This document shows positions 34,151-42,857 of a stretch of 64,000 bases of DNA, piece after piece. This stretch comes from a virus (Duplodnaviria; Heunggongvirae; Uroviricota; Caudoviricetes), in the IMG/VR virus record IMGVR_UViG_2565956713_000001, one strand, 5' to 3'. Numbering within the stretch: the stretch's first letter is position 1; each line of letters starts with the position of its first letter. Position numbers and translations under genes: made by a program. The notes under the pieces are model-generated. The model was not told where the DNA came from and searched no databases. It saw nothing but the letters and a program-made list of their open reading frames with translations.

Positions 34151-34280
34151 TGTTTTTTGACTGCCGATGTTACATTGAACCTGACCTCTTGCGCCTTGAG
34201 GCATTTTCGGTTTATGCTTATCAGGCACCTCATTAAAACGGGTGCCGGGATTGGCCTCCCGCTTAAGTCTAAGGCGATAC

Positions 34281-34304
34281 AGACGCCGCTCGCGTCTTTT
34301 TTTT
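34281..34304 (+). terminator. Rho-independent terminator, possible 3' end of a C4-like small RNA
   Basis: AGACGC-CGCTC-GCGTCT hairpin followed by a T8 run, between the operator and the icd-like RBS. Confidence 0.55.
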
Positions 34305-34469
34305 GTATCGGCGTACACGCACACCTCTACAATGGTGGGCTGTATGGGGCTACCTTCGGGTAGGCTGGTTACCTTGGACGCCAGTAAGGCCAACTCCGTA
34401 CAGTCCACCGCCAGCAAGATTGGTCTCTTCTGCGGTGGTTACATACCAACGTCTAAGGAGGCTGCCAAT

Positions 34470-34691
34470 ATGGCTACTATCCCTACCCCAACTCATCCTG
34501 TATTTATCTGGCGCTTTTACTCCTGCCAAAAACGTCACTATCACTTCGTTATTGCACCGACAGAAGATGAGGCCCGCTCTCAGCTTCCTGACGCCCCATG
34601 TATTTTCTCTGCCCGTTTTTCCACTGATTCACGCAATTCTCTCAGTTACTGGTGCCTCCCTGTTAACGCTTCTGCTCAGGAGGGACTATGA
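34470..34691 (+). CDS. icd: Icd-like small protein (73 codons), translationally coupled to the antirepressor
   Basis: Strong RBS AAGGAGG 9 nt upstream; stop TGA overlaps the ant ATG (ATGA); size and coupling match the P1 icd-ant arrangement. Confidence 0.6.
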   Translation: MATIPTPTHPVFIWRFYSCQKRHYHFVIAPTEDEARSQLPDAPCIFSARFSTDSRNSLSYWCLPVNASAQEGL

Positions 34692-35803
34692 GAACATCGT
34701 TAGTTACCCGTGAAGAGATGATCGAGGCAATTGAACAGCACACTGCCTGTATCAGTACCAGGGATATACCAGGCGTTATTGCCAACTACTTCATGATCAC
34801 CAAACAACTTTACCGGAGAAAGGACAAGAACGCTGTTCACCGTATCCTGCTGTCTGATATCCGTGAATACCTGCTCGAACAGGGGCATCTGAATTACGCA
34901 ACCGTCGCAGCCGAAACACGCAAGGAGGCACACAGAATGAAAGCTACTAACGTTAAATCTGAAAAAATTAATACACCTTTAGTTCAGGAATCAGAACTGG
35001 TGGTTGTTCAAAGTCAGCCGGATGAAATTCCCGTTCTAGAGTGGCAGGGAGTGCGTGTAGTGACAACTAAGATCCTTGCTAAGGGGTATGGGACAGATGC
35101 GGATAACATCAAGAAGAACTTTTCCCGTAATGCTGAACGTTTTTGTGAAGGTAAGCATTTCTATAAAGTTATTGGAGATGATTTGAACAATTTGCGGGTG
35201 ACTTTAAGTAACTCACAAAATCCTATCTCTCCTAAAGCCCGCTCACTCATCCTCTGGACGGAACGCGGCGCAGCCCGCCACGCTAAAATGCTCGAAACCG
35301 ATCAGGCATGGGCATTCTTTGAAAAACTGGAAGACAGCTACTTCCGGCAAAAAGAACAGCAACCGGTTGCAATCCCCCAGACGCTTCCAGAAGCTCTGCG
35401 CCTGGCTGCCGAACTGGCTGAACAAAAGCAGCTTCTGGAACAGAAAGCCCACCAGCTAAATCAGCAGCTGGTGGCCGCCGCTCCTAAAGTCGATTTTGCC
35501 GACCGGGTATCAGTAGCTAAAGGGATCCTGATTGGGAATTTTGCAAAGGTCGTTGGACTTAAACAAAATGCGCTGTTTGCCTGGTTACGGGAGAACGGCA
35601 TCCTGATAGCGTCCGGTGGACGTAAAAATGTGCCGTTCCAGCAGTACATCAACGCGGGGTATTTCACGGTGAAAGAAGTGGTGCTGGATGATGAAGATGG
35701 CTACCAGATACGGTTGACGCCTCAATTAACGGGTAAAGGCCAGCAGTGGTTGACGCGTAAACTGCTCGATGCTGGCTTGTTAAAACCGGTGGCGGCTGAA
35801 TAA
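34688..35803 (+). CDS. ant: Antirepressor (Bro-N/ORF6N N-terminal domain plus KilAC C-terminal domain)
   Basis: 371 aa; Bro-N-like KILAKGYGTDADNIKKNFSRNAERFCEGKHFYKV; KilAC-like C-terminus; in-frame Met84 could give a shorter Ant2-like product. Confidence 0.75.
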   Translation: MRTSLVTREEMIEAIEQHTACISTRDIPGVIANYFMITKQLYRRKDKNAVHRILLSDIREYLLEQGHLNYATVAAETRKEAHRMKATNVKSEKINTPLVQESELVVVQSQPDEIPVLEWQGVRVVTTKILAKGYGTDADNIKKNFSRNAERFCEGKHFYKVIGDDLNNLRVTLSNSQNPISPKARSLILWTERGAARHAKMLETDQAWAFFEKLEDSYFRQKEQQPVAIPQTLPEALRLAAELAEQKQLLEQKAHQLNQQLVAAAPKVDFADRVSVAKGILIGNFAKVVGLKQNALFAWLRENGILIASGGRKNVPFQQYINAGYFTVKEVVLDDEDGYQIRLTPQLTGKGQQWLTRKLLDAGLLKPVAAE

Positions 35804-35835
35804 TGGAAGAATGCCCGGTTGATGCCGGGCATAAT

Positions 35836-36687
35836 TTATTGCGCGCTTTCGGGGTTGTCGTTTACTGGCTGCCCCTTCTTGGTTTTACGGCTGCGCGTAA
35901 CTGATGCGGCTGACTTAACCTTTTTCTCTTCGCGAGTGATGGCAATTTGTTTTTTTACATTTTCAATATCTGCCAGGCGATATATTTTTGCTTGCGGCCA
36001 GCGGTCGCAGATGATCGGTTCTATGGAGTCATAAAGGCTAAATTTTGCTTTCTCGAATTCACCGTTGATGATGATTCCATCACGGAGAGTTTCATCGCAG
36101 ATAAACACACCACACAGCGGCACATGGTAACTAACTGATTTACCATCATTGTAGTTAGGGCTACTGGAAATGTAATGGACGCGCAACATTGTTTCGCTAA
36201 AGCCGTGTACACGCATACGGAATTTTTCATCCTCCGGGTACTGCTTCATTAGCTCTTTTGTTGCTTCCAGGTTCTCTATGTATTTCGCACTGTGCTCATT
36301 GATCCCCGCGCTTTTTTGGATGCGAATGTCCTTATCAATCAGATGAATAATGCGGCCAGCGGTCATGTTGACGCTGTTCACAGCTTCTGTCTGATAAGTT
36401 GTAACCTTACGCACACCGCGAAGGATGTTAGGCACTGGATATAAAATAGTCTTTGGGATATTGAGGTCTGGGTACTGTTCCAGTTCCCGCGCCATTAAAG
36501 TCCATTTATCAATTTCAGCCTGAATGCTGTCAGTTTCTTTGAACGGTAGAACGACAACCGGGCGTACAGGACGACCGTCGCTGGCTGTATCAACGTGTTG
36601 GGCGCGTGCAACAGCTTTTTTTAGAAAGAGATCCCTGAAGCTGACGAACTCCTGGTACAGTTGTTCGCCGTAGACATAATTTATCAT
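35836..36687 (-). CDS. c1: C1 repressor of lysis/lysogeny
   Basis: 283-aa protein matching recalled P1 C1 size, position near loxP, and coi upstream. Confidence 0.9.
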   Translation of the reverse strand: MINYVYGEQLYQEFVSFRDLFLKKAVARAQHVDTASDGRPVRPVVVLPFKETDSIQAEIDKWTLMARELEQYPDLNIPKTILYPVPNILRGVRKVTTYQTEAVNSVNMTAGRIIHLIDKDIRIQKSAGINEHSAKYIENLEATKELMKQYPEDEKFRMRVHGFSETMLRVHYISSSPNYNDGKSVSYHVPLCGVFICDETLRDGIIINGEFEKAKFSLYDSIEPIICDRWPQAKIYRLADIENVKKQIAITREEKKVKSAASVTRSRKTKKGQPVNDNPESAQ

Positions 36688-36782
36688 TGATCCTCCTCCA
36701 GAATTGACATGGCCAACAACTCACAGCGGATTACACTGGGAGTTGTTGGCCACCATTATAGAAGGATCCAACGAAAATAATA

Positions 36783-36800
36783 GATTTATTAGTGCATTTA
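36783..36800 (-). promoter_or_regulatory. C1 operator-like site between c1 and coi (Op99-type cluster)
   Basis: AAATGCACTAATAAATC on minus strand. Confidence 0.5.
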
Positions 36801-37007
36801 TTGTGAGTCTGGCTGGTTAGTGGCCATGAGATATTCGATTGTGTCAGTGAGATCATCCAGGTCGTCTTGGGTGATGCGGTACTCCTGATTGGATATCTTT
36901 GAGTAGTGTTCAGCAATGGCGCGGGCAGCGTCGGTTTCGGCAGGGTCTACAGATAAAGCGTTAGAGCAATGTCTAACGTCGTCGATGGTTGGTTGAATGA
37001 AAGCCAT
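36798..37007 (-). CDS. coi: Coi, C1 inactivator
   Basis: 69-aa acidic ORF immediately upstream of c1 on the same strand. Confidence 0.8.
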   Translation of the reverse strand: MAFIQPTIDDVRHCSNALSVDPAETDAARAIAEHYSKISNQEYRITQDDLDDLTDTIEYLMATNQPDSQ

Positions 37008-37245
37008 AATTATGCCTCACTGTATTGACAACACAGAGCCTGAAGCTCTGACCTACTGTTTCACCCATGATCCATGCTGGGGTAATCTAACAACATTGCG
37101 CTGTGTGTAAGATGAGCAATGCATAGCTGTAATGCCGTTGTATAAGGTTTCCCTGTTTGCTCATTTCCTTCTGAGCCGCTCTACAACGCTGAAGACACAT
37201 TAAATAGTGAATCCAAAGTCGTATTACGAAACGGCGGCAAAACTA

Positions 37246-37262
37246 TAATTTATTAGAGCAAT
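37246..37262 (-). promoter_or_regulatory. C1 operator (ATTGCTCTAATAAATTA on minus strand)
   Basis: 16/17 consensus match upstream of the coi/c1 operon. Confidence 0.65.
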
Positions 37263-37327
37263 TGTCAAACAACTATGAAAAACAATCCAGTTTTTGGCTG
37301 GTGGAGTGGATTTTTCTCTCAAAATTT

Positions 37328-37344
37328 ATTGCACTAATAATTCT
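37328..37344 (+). promoter_or_regulatory. C1 operator (ATTGCACTAATAATTCT)
   Basis: 14/17 consensus match 44 bp before loxP. Confidence 0.55.
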
Positions 37345-37387
37345 TGATTTTTATGCGCAGCTGGAAGTAAACTCCTCTTCAGACCTA

Positions 37388-37421
37388 ATAACTTCGTATA
37401 GCATACATTATACGAAGTTAT
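37388..37421 (+). other. loxP: loxP recombination site
   Basis: Exact ATAACTTCGTATA-GCATACAT-TATACGAAGTTAT: 13-bp inverted repeats around the 8-bp spacer. Confidence 0.97.
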
Positions 37422-37610
37422 CTTAAGGGTTATTGAATATGATCAATTTACCTGTAAATCCATACAGTTCAATACCTTATCAGGTCAAATAGTGATCACT
37501 TGATCATTTGATCAAGGTTGCGCTACGTAAAATCTGCGAAATGTTGGCAGTGTTAGTGCTCCAGATTTCGCGTAGCGCACTTAGCACCACCAATCAATCA
37601 GAGGTGAAAA

Positions 37611-37832
37611 ATGGGATATTCAGCTGCTAAAGTGTCCACTCATCTTGAGCTTGAGAAAAACCGTGGTTACTGGCGGGCAAAAGGGTTTGATCGTGATAGT
37701 TGTCAACTGTCATTATCGCGCGGTGAAGAGAAAATAGAACGCACGCGCGGTCGCTGGCGTTTCTATGACGAGAACCATAAACAGGTAAAGGCAGAGCCGA
37801 TCCTGTACACTTTACTTAAAACCATTATCTGA
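37611..37832 (+). CDS. cra: Small protein upstream of cre (cra position)
   Basis: 73-aa ORF immediately preceding cre on the same strand. Confidence 0.45.
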   Translation: MGYSAAKVSTHLELEKNRGYWRAKGFDRDSCQLSLSRGEEKIERTRGRWRFYDENHKQVKAEPILYTLLKTII

Positions 37833-37839
37833 GTGTTAA

Positions 37840-38871
37840 ATGTCCAATTTACTGACCGTACACCAAAATTTGCCTGCATTACCGGTCGATGCAACGAGTG
37901 ATGAGGTTCGCAAGAACCTGATGGACATGTTCAGGGATCGCCAGGCGTTTTCTGAGCATACCTGGAAAATGCTTCTGTCCGTTTGCCGGTCGTGGGCGGC
38001 ATGGTGCAAGTTGAATAACCGGAAATGGTTTCCCGCAGAACCTGAAGATGTTCGCGATTATCTTCTATATCTTCAGGCGCGCGGTCTGGCAGTAAAAACT
38101 ATCCAGCAACATTTGGGCCAGCTAAACATGCTTCATCGTCGGTCCGGGCTGCCACGACCAAGTGACAGCAATGCTGTTTCACTGGTTATGCGGCGGATTC
38201 GAAAAGAAAACGTTGATGCCGGTGAACGTGCAAAACAGGCATTGGCGTTCGAACGCACTGATTTCGACCAGGTTCGTTCACTCATGGAAAATAGCGATCG
38301 CTGCCAGGATATACGGAATCTGGCATTTCTGGGGATTGCTTATAACACCCTGTTACGTATAGCCGAAATTGCCAGGATCAGGGTTAAAGATATCTCACGT
38401 ACTGACGGTGGGAGAATGTTAATCCATATTGGCAGAACGAAAACGCTGGTTAGCACCGCAGGTGTAGAGAAGGCACTTAGCCTGGGGGTAACTAAACTGG
38501 TCGAGCGATGGATTTCTGTCTCTGGTGTGGCTGATGATCCGAATAACTACCTGTTTTGCCGTGTCAGAAAAAATGGTGTTGCCGCGCCATCTGCCACCAG
38601 CCAGCTATCAACTCGCGCTCTGGAAGGGATTTTTGAAGCAACTCATCGATTGATTTACGGCGCTAAGGATGACTCTGGGCAGAGATACCTGGCCTGGTCT
38701 GGACACAGTGCCCGTGTCGGAGCCGCGCGAGATATGGCCCGCGCCGGAGTTTCAATACCGGAGATCATGCAAGCTGGTGGCTGGACCAACGTAAATATTG
38801 TCATGAACTATATCCGTAACCTGGATAGTGAAACAGGGGCAATGGTGCGCCTGCTGGAAGATGGCGATTAG
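37840..38871 (+). CDS. cre: Cre site-specific tyrosine recombinase
   Basis: 343-aa protein beginning MSNLLTVHQNLPALPVDATSDEVRKNLMDMFRDRQAFSEHTWKMLLSVCRSWAAWCKL... matching the Cre sequence as recalled; loxP 420 bp upstream. Confidence 0.98.
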   Translation: MSNLLTVHQNLPALPVDATSDEVRKNLMDMFRDRQAFSEHTWKMLLSVCRSWAAWCKLNNRKWFPAEPEDVRDYLLYLQARGLAVKTIQQHLGQLNMLHRRSGLPRPSDSNAVSLVMRRIRKENVDAGERAKQALAFERTDFDQVRSLMENSDRCQDIRNLAFLGIAYNTLLRIAEIARIRVKDISRTDGGRMLIHIGRTKTLVSTAGVEKALSLGVTKLVERWISVSGVADDPNNYLFCRVRKNGVAAPSATSQLSTRALEGIFEATHRLIYGAKDDSGQRYLAWSGHSARVGAARDMARAGVSIPEIMQAGGWTNVNIVMNYIRNLDSETGAMVRLLEDGD

Positions 38872-38888
38872 CCATTAACGCGTAAATG

Positions 38889-38905
38889 ATTGCTCTAATT
38901 CTTTG
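38889..38905 (+). promoter_or_regulatory. C1 operator-like site upstream of c8
   Basis: ATTGCTCTAATTCTTTG, 13/17 consensus match. Confidence 0.5.
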
Positions 38906-38921
38906 ATATTTATGGTGACAT

Positions 38922-39233
38922 ATGAGAAAGGATTTCAACATCGACGGAAAATATGTAGTGCTGTCTGTAAGCACTAATATTCAGTCGCCAGCCGTCATTG
39001 TCACTGTAAAGCTGAGCGATAGAATGCCTGATATTGATTCAATATCCGTTGCGTTCCCTGTCAAAAGTATGCGTGGTGCTGAACATTTCGTGATGAATGC
39101 CACCGAGGAAGAAGCACGGCGCGGTTTTGCTAAAGTGATGTCTGAGTTTGGCGAATTTTTGGGGCACGTTGACAAAGCCCTCTCAATCAGTTCAGCAAGG
39201 TCCAAAGCGTTAACAGCTTCCATGATGAAATAA
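38922..39233 (+). CDS. c8: Small protein between cre and ref (c8 position)
   Basis: 103-aa ORF; assignment by position in the P1 gene order only. Confidence 0.5.
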   Translation: MRKDFNIDGKYVVLSVSTNIQSPAVIVTVKLSDRMPDIDSISVAFPVKSMRGAEHFVMNATEEEARRGFAKVMSEFGEFLGHVDKALSISSARSKALTASMMK

Positions 39234-39364
39234 AAAAAGCCTGGCAAGGAGCCAGGCTGCACAAAAGAGCGGGTTTGTATTCCGCATCCAATCAATCAAG
39301 AAGGAGTATAGCACACAGGTACTGAAGTGAAAAAATGTGATTCGCGAGAAACAAAATATCTACC

Positions 39365-39394
39365 ATTGCTCTAATTGATTGCTATAATTGAGCC
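39365..39394 (+). promoter_or_regulatory. Two overlapping C1 operators upstream of ref (Op2a/b-type)
   Basis: ATTGCTCTAATTGATTG (39365-39381) and ATTGCTATAATTGAGCC (39378-39394). Confidence 0.6.
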
Positions 39395-39480
39395 GCAGTT
39401 TTTGTCAACTACGAAGACGTTGCCATTACTTCACTCCTTGACATCATAGGCGGCCATTAGGCCGCCTTTTTTTTGACCAT

Positions 39481-40041
39481 ATGAAAACAATCGAACAAAA
39501 AATTGAACAGTGCCGCAAGTGGCAGAAGGCAGCCAGAGAACGAGCGATCGCTCGGCAACGGGAGAAGTTGGCTGATCCGGTCTGGCGAGAATCTCAATAT
39601 CAGAAAATGCGGGATACTATCGATCGCCGTATCGCTAAACAGAAAGAGCGCCCACCAGCCAGCAAAACGCGGAAAAGCGCGGTAAAAATAAAATCTCGTG
39701 GCTTGAAGGGGAGAACACCAACGGCGGAGGAACGGCGCATCGCCAATGCTCTTGGCACTCTCCCCTGCATTGCCTGCTATATGCATGGAGTAATATCTAA
39801 TGAGGTGTCTCTGCACCATATCGCCGGTCGTACCGCGCCGGGTTGTCATAAAAAGCAATTGCCACTTTGTAGATGGCACCACCAGCATGCAGCACCGGCT
39901 GAAGTAAGAGCAAAATACCCCTGGCTGGTCCCTGTTCATGCCGATGGTGTGGTTGGAGGCAAGAAAGAATTCACCCTGCTGAACAAGTCAGAGATGGAGT
40001 TACTGGCTGACGCCTATGAGATGGCAAACATCATGCACTAA
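39481..40041 (+). CDS. ref: Ref, RecA-dependent HNH endonuclease (recombination enhancement function)
   Basis: 186-aa protein with basic N-terminus and Cys/His-rich HNH-like C-terminus; C1 operators upstream. Confidence 0.75.
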   Translation: MKTIEQKIEQCRKWQKAARERAIARQREKLADPVWRESQYQKMRDTIDRRIAKQKERPPASKTRKSAVKIKSRGLKGRTPTAEERRIANALGTLPCIACYMHGVISNEVSLHHIAGRTAPGCHKKQLPLCRWHHQHAAPAEVRAKYPWLVPVHADGVVGGKKEFTLLNKSEMELLADAYEMANIMH

Positions 40042-40230
40042 TAAATATATTATTTTTAATGATAAATGATTGACAACTGACAAGTGACTTCAGTCAGAAT
40101 CATCACATGCCCGGTACGGATGGATCCCTTTTCAAATATTCCATGGACGGCACAGTCTGAGTACCGGGCGCTACCTTCAGTTGTATTGCTAAGCCGCCGC
40201 TGGTGGCTTTTCTTTTTTGTAGGGGGCGCT

Positions 40231-40872
40231 ATGGATAAGAAAATATGCGTTGTTTCGATGAGCGTCGGCAAACCGGCGTCAATGACTGCTGCATGGATCA
40301 ATAACGAGCTGATAATGGCTGAGCGGACCAGCTACCCTGAACGCCGCCGCGATATGGAACTCCAGCTGCTGCGCGAATTGCGAGAAAAAGAGGAAAAGGG
40401 TTTTATCGTGCTGGTGGAAGAGGAAAACAGCTTTATTACTGGTCGAGTTGGCCAGCGTGTAAGGTTGCGCGATCCCTTCATGAACGGCAGGCCGGTACTG
40501 ATTGAAGCAATGCAGATTTACAAGGAGCTGGAACGCCAGAAAGCAATCAAGTTACCGCGCAAGGAATCCGGCAAATACATTCTCCACCAAAGCATCTTCG
40601 ATTCCGAACACGATAAAAAAGGCGATGAATTTTTCAACATCAACTGGAGCGAAATAACGACAGAGCATGTTCTGACGTTACTATGTTGCTTTGCGACGGA
40701 ATACAACAACGTTGCCAGCGCCGACTACATCAGGGCAATGGCTGGAGAAGTTGAGGCCCGCCAAGAACCATCGTTACTAAGTCCACTGATTAACATAATT
40801 CTGGGCACCCAGATACTGGAACAAAAAAAAGTGCCGAAAGGGGTATTAACAGGCAAGCATAATTATTTTTAA
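40231..40872 (+). CDS. mat: Hypothetical protein at the P1 mat position
   Basis: 213-aa ORF from ATG at 40231 (track ORF starts further upstream); assignment by synteny after ref. Confidence 0.45.
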   Translation: MDKKICVVSMSVGKPASMTAAWINNELIMAERTSYPERRRDMELQLLRELREKEEKGFIVLVEEENSFITGRVGQRVRLRDPFMNGRPVLIEAMQIYKELERQKAIKLPRKESGKYILHQSIFDSEHDKKGDEFFNINWSEITTEHVLTLLCCFATEYNNVASADYIRAMAGEVEARQEPSLLSPLINIILGTQILEQKKVPKGVLTGKHNYF

Positions 40873-40965
40873 CAATTACATACAGTAATTTTGTGGTTAC
40901 ATTCTCCATTGATTTTCTAACCGCTTTATCATTAGATGTAACAGCATGTAAATCATTTAAAATGG

Positions 40966-42102
40966 ATGAAAGCAATGGGGAATGAAGTTTATCAAAGTCA
41001 AAAATGCAAGTTGAAATATTCAAAATCTCAAATTGATAGGGCTGCTCAATTGATAAGGCACGGGTGTAGTGACGAAGAAAGGCAGCAATCTATTGAAATG
41101 ATACAAAATTTCCGTGAGCTGCATCTTTATCCATTAATGCTCATGAAAAATCATTTAGCAAGAGCAGCTGCTAAGGTTGACAAGGACAAAAAGATTCTCG
41201 TTGCAAGAAGACTTAAGCGACTTTCTACCATAATAGATAAACTAGAGCGTCCTAGTCTTGATGGAGGCAGAACTAGCAATGCAATTAAATTAACACGGAT
41301 GCAGGACGTTGGCGGATGTAGGGCCATTGTCAGAAACTTAGACCAGTTGATACAGCTAAAGGAACGTCTTTTAAAAAGCAAATCTGTTCATAGGATTGTT
41401 AAAGAGTATGATTATCTTACTCCCAAAGACAGCGGCTATAGTGGAATCCACCTTGCATACAGTTGCTTCGATCAGAAAGAGGATCAATATCCGTGGCGAA
41501 AAACAAAGATTGAGATACAGTTAAGAACTCAATTGCAGCATGCTTGGGCTACTAGCCTTGAAATAATTGATACCCTTGAAGGTATCAAGCTGAAAACTTC
41601 AAGTGAAGGGCATCCAGAATGGAGACGATTTTTCTATCTAGCCGGATGTCTTGTAGCGCACGACGAAAAAGCCTGCACTCTTGATGAGCTAGTTGTATCT
41701 CAGTATGAAGGCGAGCTTAAAGAGCTGGAACGGACTTTATCTGTACGGAGGAAACTAAGCACATACACCATCGCCTTAAATTTAACTTCTGACGCGAATT
41801 TGATTAAGAAGTTGCCAAAAAATCATAAGGGGCATTACTTAGTAACAATGAGAAATGCAGAAAACAAGCCCAATACAAAAAACAAAAAAATGTTCCTAGT
41901 GTCTGTTCGCGCATTTAAAACAAAAGAAGCAGATGAAGCCCTTGAGGCCTTAAATAAAGACGATTCTAATCCTAATGTATTGATATCTGTTCTCGTTGCT
42001 ACAGATAACATTAAGTCACTAAAAAAAGCCTACCCCAACTATTTTGGCTCAACAAACCAGTTTACAAAATTCTTAGATAAGCATCTTCGTAACGAAGGAT
42101 AG
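40966..42102 (+). CDS. capRel: Fused toxin-antitoxin small alarmone synthetase (toxSAS, CapRel-type): RelA/SpoT nucleotidyltransferase domain plus Cys-free C-terminal pseudo-zinc-finger domain
   Basis: RelA/SpoT synthetase motifs TRMQDVGGCRAIV, GYSGIHLAY, EIQLRTQLQHAWA; about 110-aa C-terminal extension without cysteines; visibly AT-rich relative to flanks. Confidence 0.8.
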   Translation: MKAMGNEVYQSQKCKLKYSKSQIDRAAQLIRHGCSDEERQQSIEMIQNFRELHLYPLMLMKNHLARAAAKVDKDKKILVARRLKRLSTIIDKLERPSLDGGRTSNAIKLTRMQDVGGCRAIVRNLDQLIQLKERLLKSKSVHRIVKEYDYLTPKDSGYSGIHLAYSCFDQKEDQYPWRKTKIEIQLRTQLQHAWATSLEIIDTLEGIKLKTSSEGHPEWRRFFYLAGCLVAHDEKACTLDELVVSQYEGELKELERTLSVRRKLSTYTIALNLTSDANLIKKLPKNHKGHYLVTMRNAENKPNTKNKKMFLVSVRAFKTKEADEALEALNKDDSNPNVLISVLVATDNIKSLKKAYPNYFGSTNQFTKFLDKHLRNEG

Positions 42103-42110
42103 TTGCTTAA

Positions 42111-42135
42111 TTTTGCCCGGTAATTCCGGGCAAAA
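42111..42135. repeat. Perfect 10-bp inverted repeat (TTTTGCCCGG-TAATT-CCGGGCAAAA) at the capRel/lxc junction
   Basis: Palindrome between convergent genes; U-run precedes rather than follows the stem, so not a canonical intrinsic terminator. Confidence 0.6.
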
Positions 42136-42138
42136 TTG

Positions 42139-42387
42139 TCAATCTGCATTCAGGAGCAATGCGTTATCTATGATGATCTGCTCCCATTCTTCGAATGCCC
42201 GATCGCGGACGCCCTGGGGAACACTGTTAGTTTTGAAATCGACCACCGTCCGCCATTTCCCGTCCGGGCGGTACATGCGCAGAGCTTTACTTCCCCCTTC
42301 CCTGCGCACCTCAACGTTATGCTTATCAGCAAACTCTTGTAATGCTCGTAGCGTCCCATGCTTTACTGTGTAGTATCGCTTTTTCAA
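42139..42387 (-). CDS. lxc: Lxc/Bof-like C1 co-repressor (ImmT)
   Basis: 82-aa basic ORF downstream of ulx and darB on the minus strand, matching P1 gene order and recalled Bof size. Confidence 0.55.
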   Translation of the reverse strand: MKKRYYTVKHGTLRALQEFADKHNVEVRREGGSKALRMYRPDGKWRTVVDFKTNSVPQGVRDRAFEEWEQIIIDNALLLNAD

Positions 42388-42824
42388 GTTTTCTCTCCAG
42401 CCTGTGCCAAGGCTTCAACTTCCAAATCGTAAGACTCAAACTCATAGTCCTGGTCGTCAACTTCTTCAGGCACTGGCAGTAAATGCCAGGCTGAGTATAT
42501 CTGACCATTATCAAAACGCTCCTGGCTGTAGAGCGTCGCGGCTATGAGTGTTAGCGCCGGGCGGTCATAACGGTAAATTTTGCGAACGTCACGGTCAACG
42601 AGACGACCGAAATTACCATAACCGCGCTCCAGTAATAATTTTTTAATTTCCGGCCAGTATGGACCATAGCTGCGGTACAGGCGGGGATTTTTCAGTAATC
42701 GCCCGCGTAGCCCTGACAGGAAGAAATCAACGTATTCGTCTTCTGTCTTTCCTAACAACGCTGTACGGAGTACCGCCTCAAGATATGTTTTATTCGGTTT
42801 TATTGTATCAGATAGTGTGGCCAT
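42384..42824 (-). CDS. ulx: Ulx-position protein (hypothetical)
   Basis: 146-aa ORF between darB and lxc, overlapping the lxc start. Confidence 0.45.
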   Translation of the reverse strand: MATLSDTIKPNKTYLEAVLRTALLGKTEDEYVDFFLSGLRGRLLKNPRLYRSYGPYWPEIKKLLLERGYGNFGRLVDRDVRKIYRYDRPALTLIAATLYSQERFDNGQIYSAWHLLPVPEEVDDQDYEFESYDLEVEALAQAGEKT

Positions 42825-42857
42825 ATTATGCGACGCCCGGCGAACCGGGCGCTCCTG

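Noticed and set aside
34242-34691. 149-aa track ORF upstream of ant
   Set aside because: Its 5' two-thirds span the operator, hairpins and terminator; only the last 73 codons, starting at the ATG with a strong RBS at 34470, are plausibly translated.
40966-42102. Type III restriction-modification (res/mod) at the mat-lxc site, as in reference P1
   Set aside because: No Mod-like or Res-like ORF exists here; the only gene is the toxSAS, and the helicase/MTase motifs in the window belong to DarB and Dmt.
42111-42135. Palindrome as a standard bidirectional Rho-independent terminator
   Set aside because: The T-run is 5' of the stem and the A-run 3' on the plus strand (and the mirror on the minus strand), so neither transcript gets a U-tract after the hairpin.
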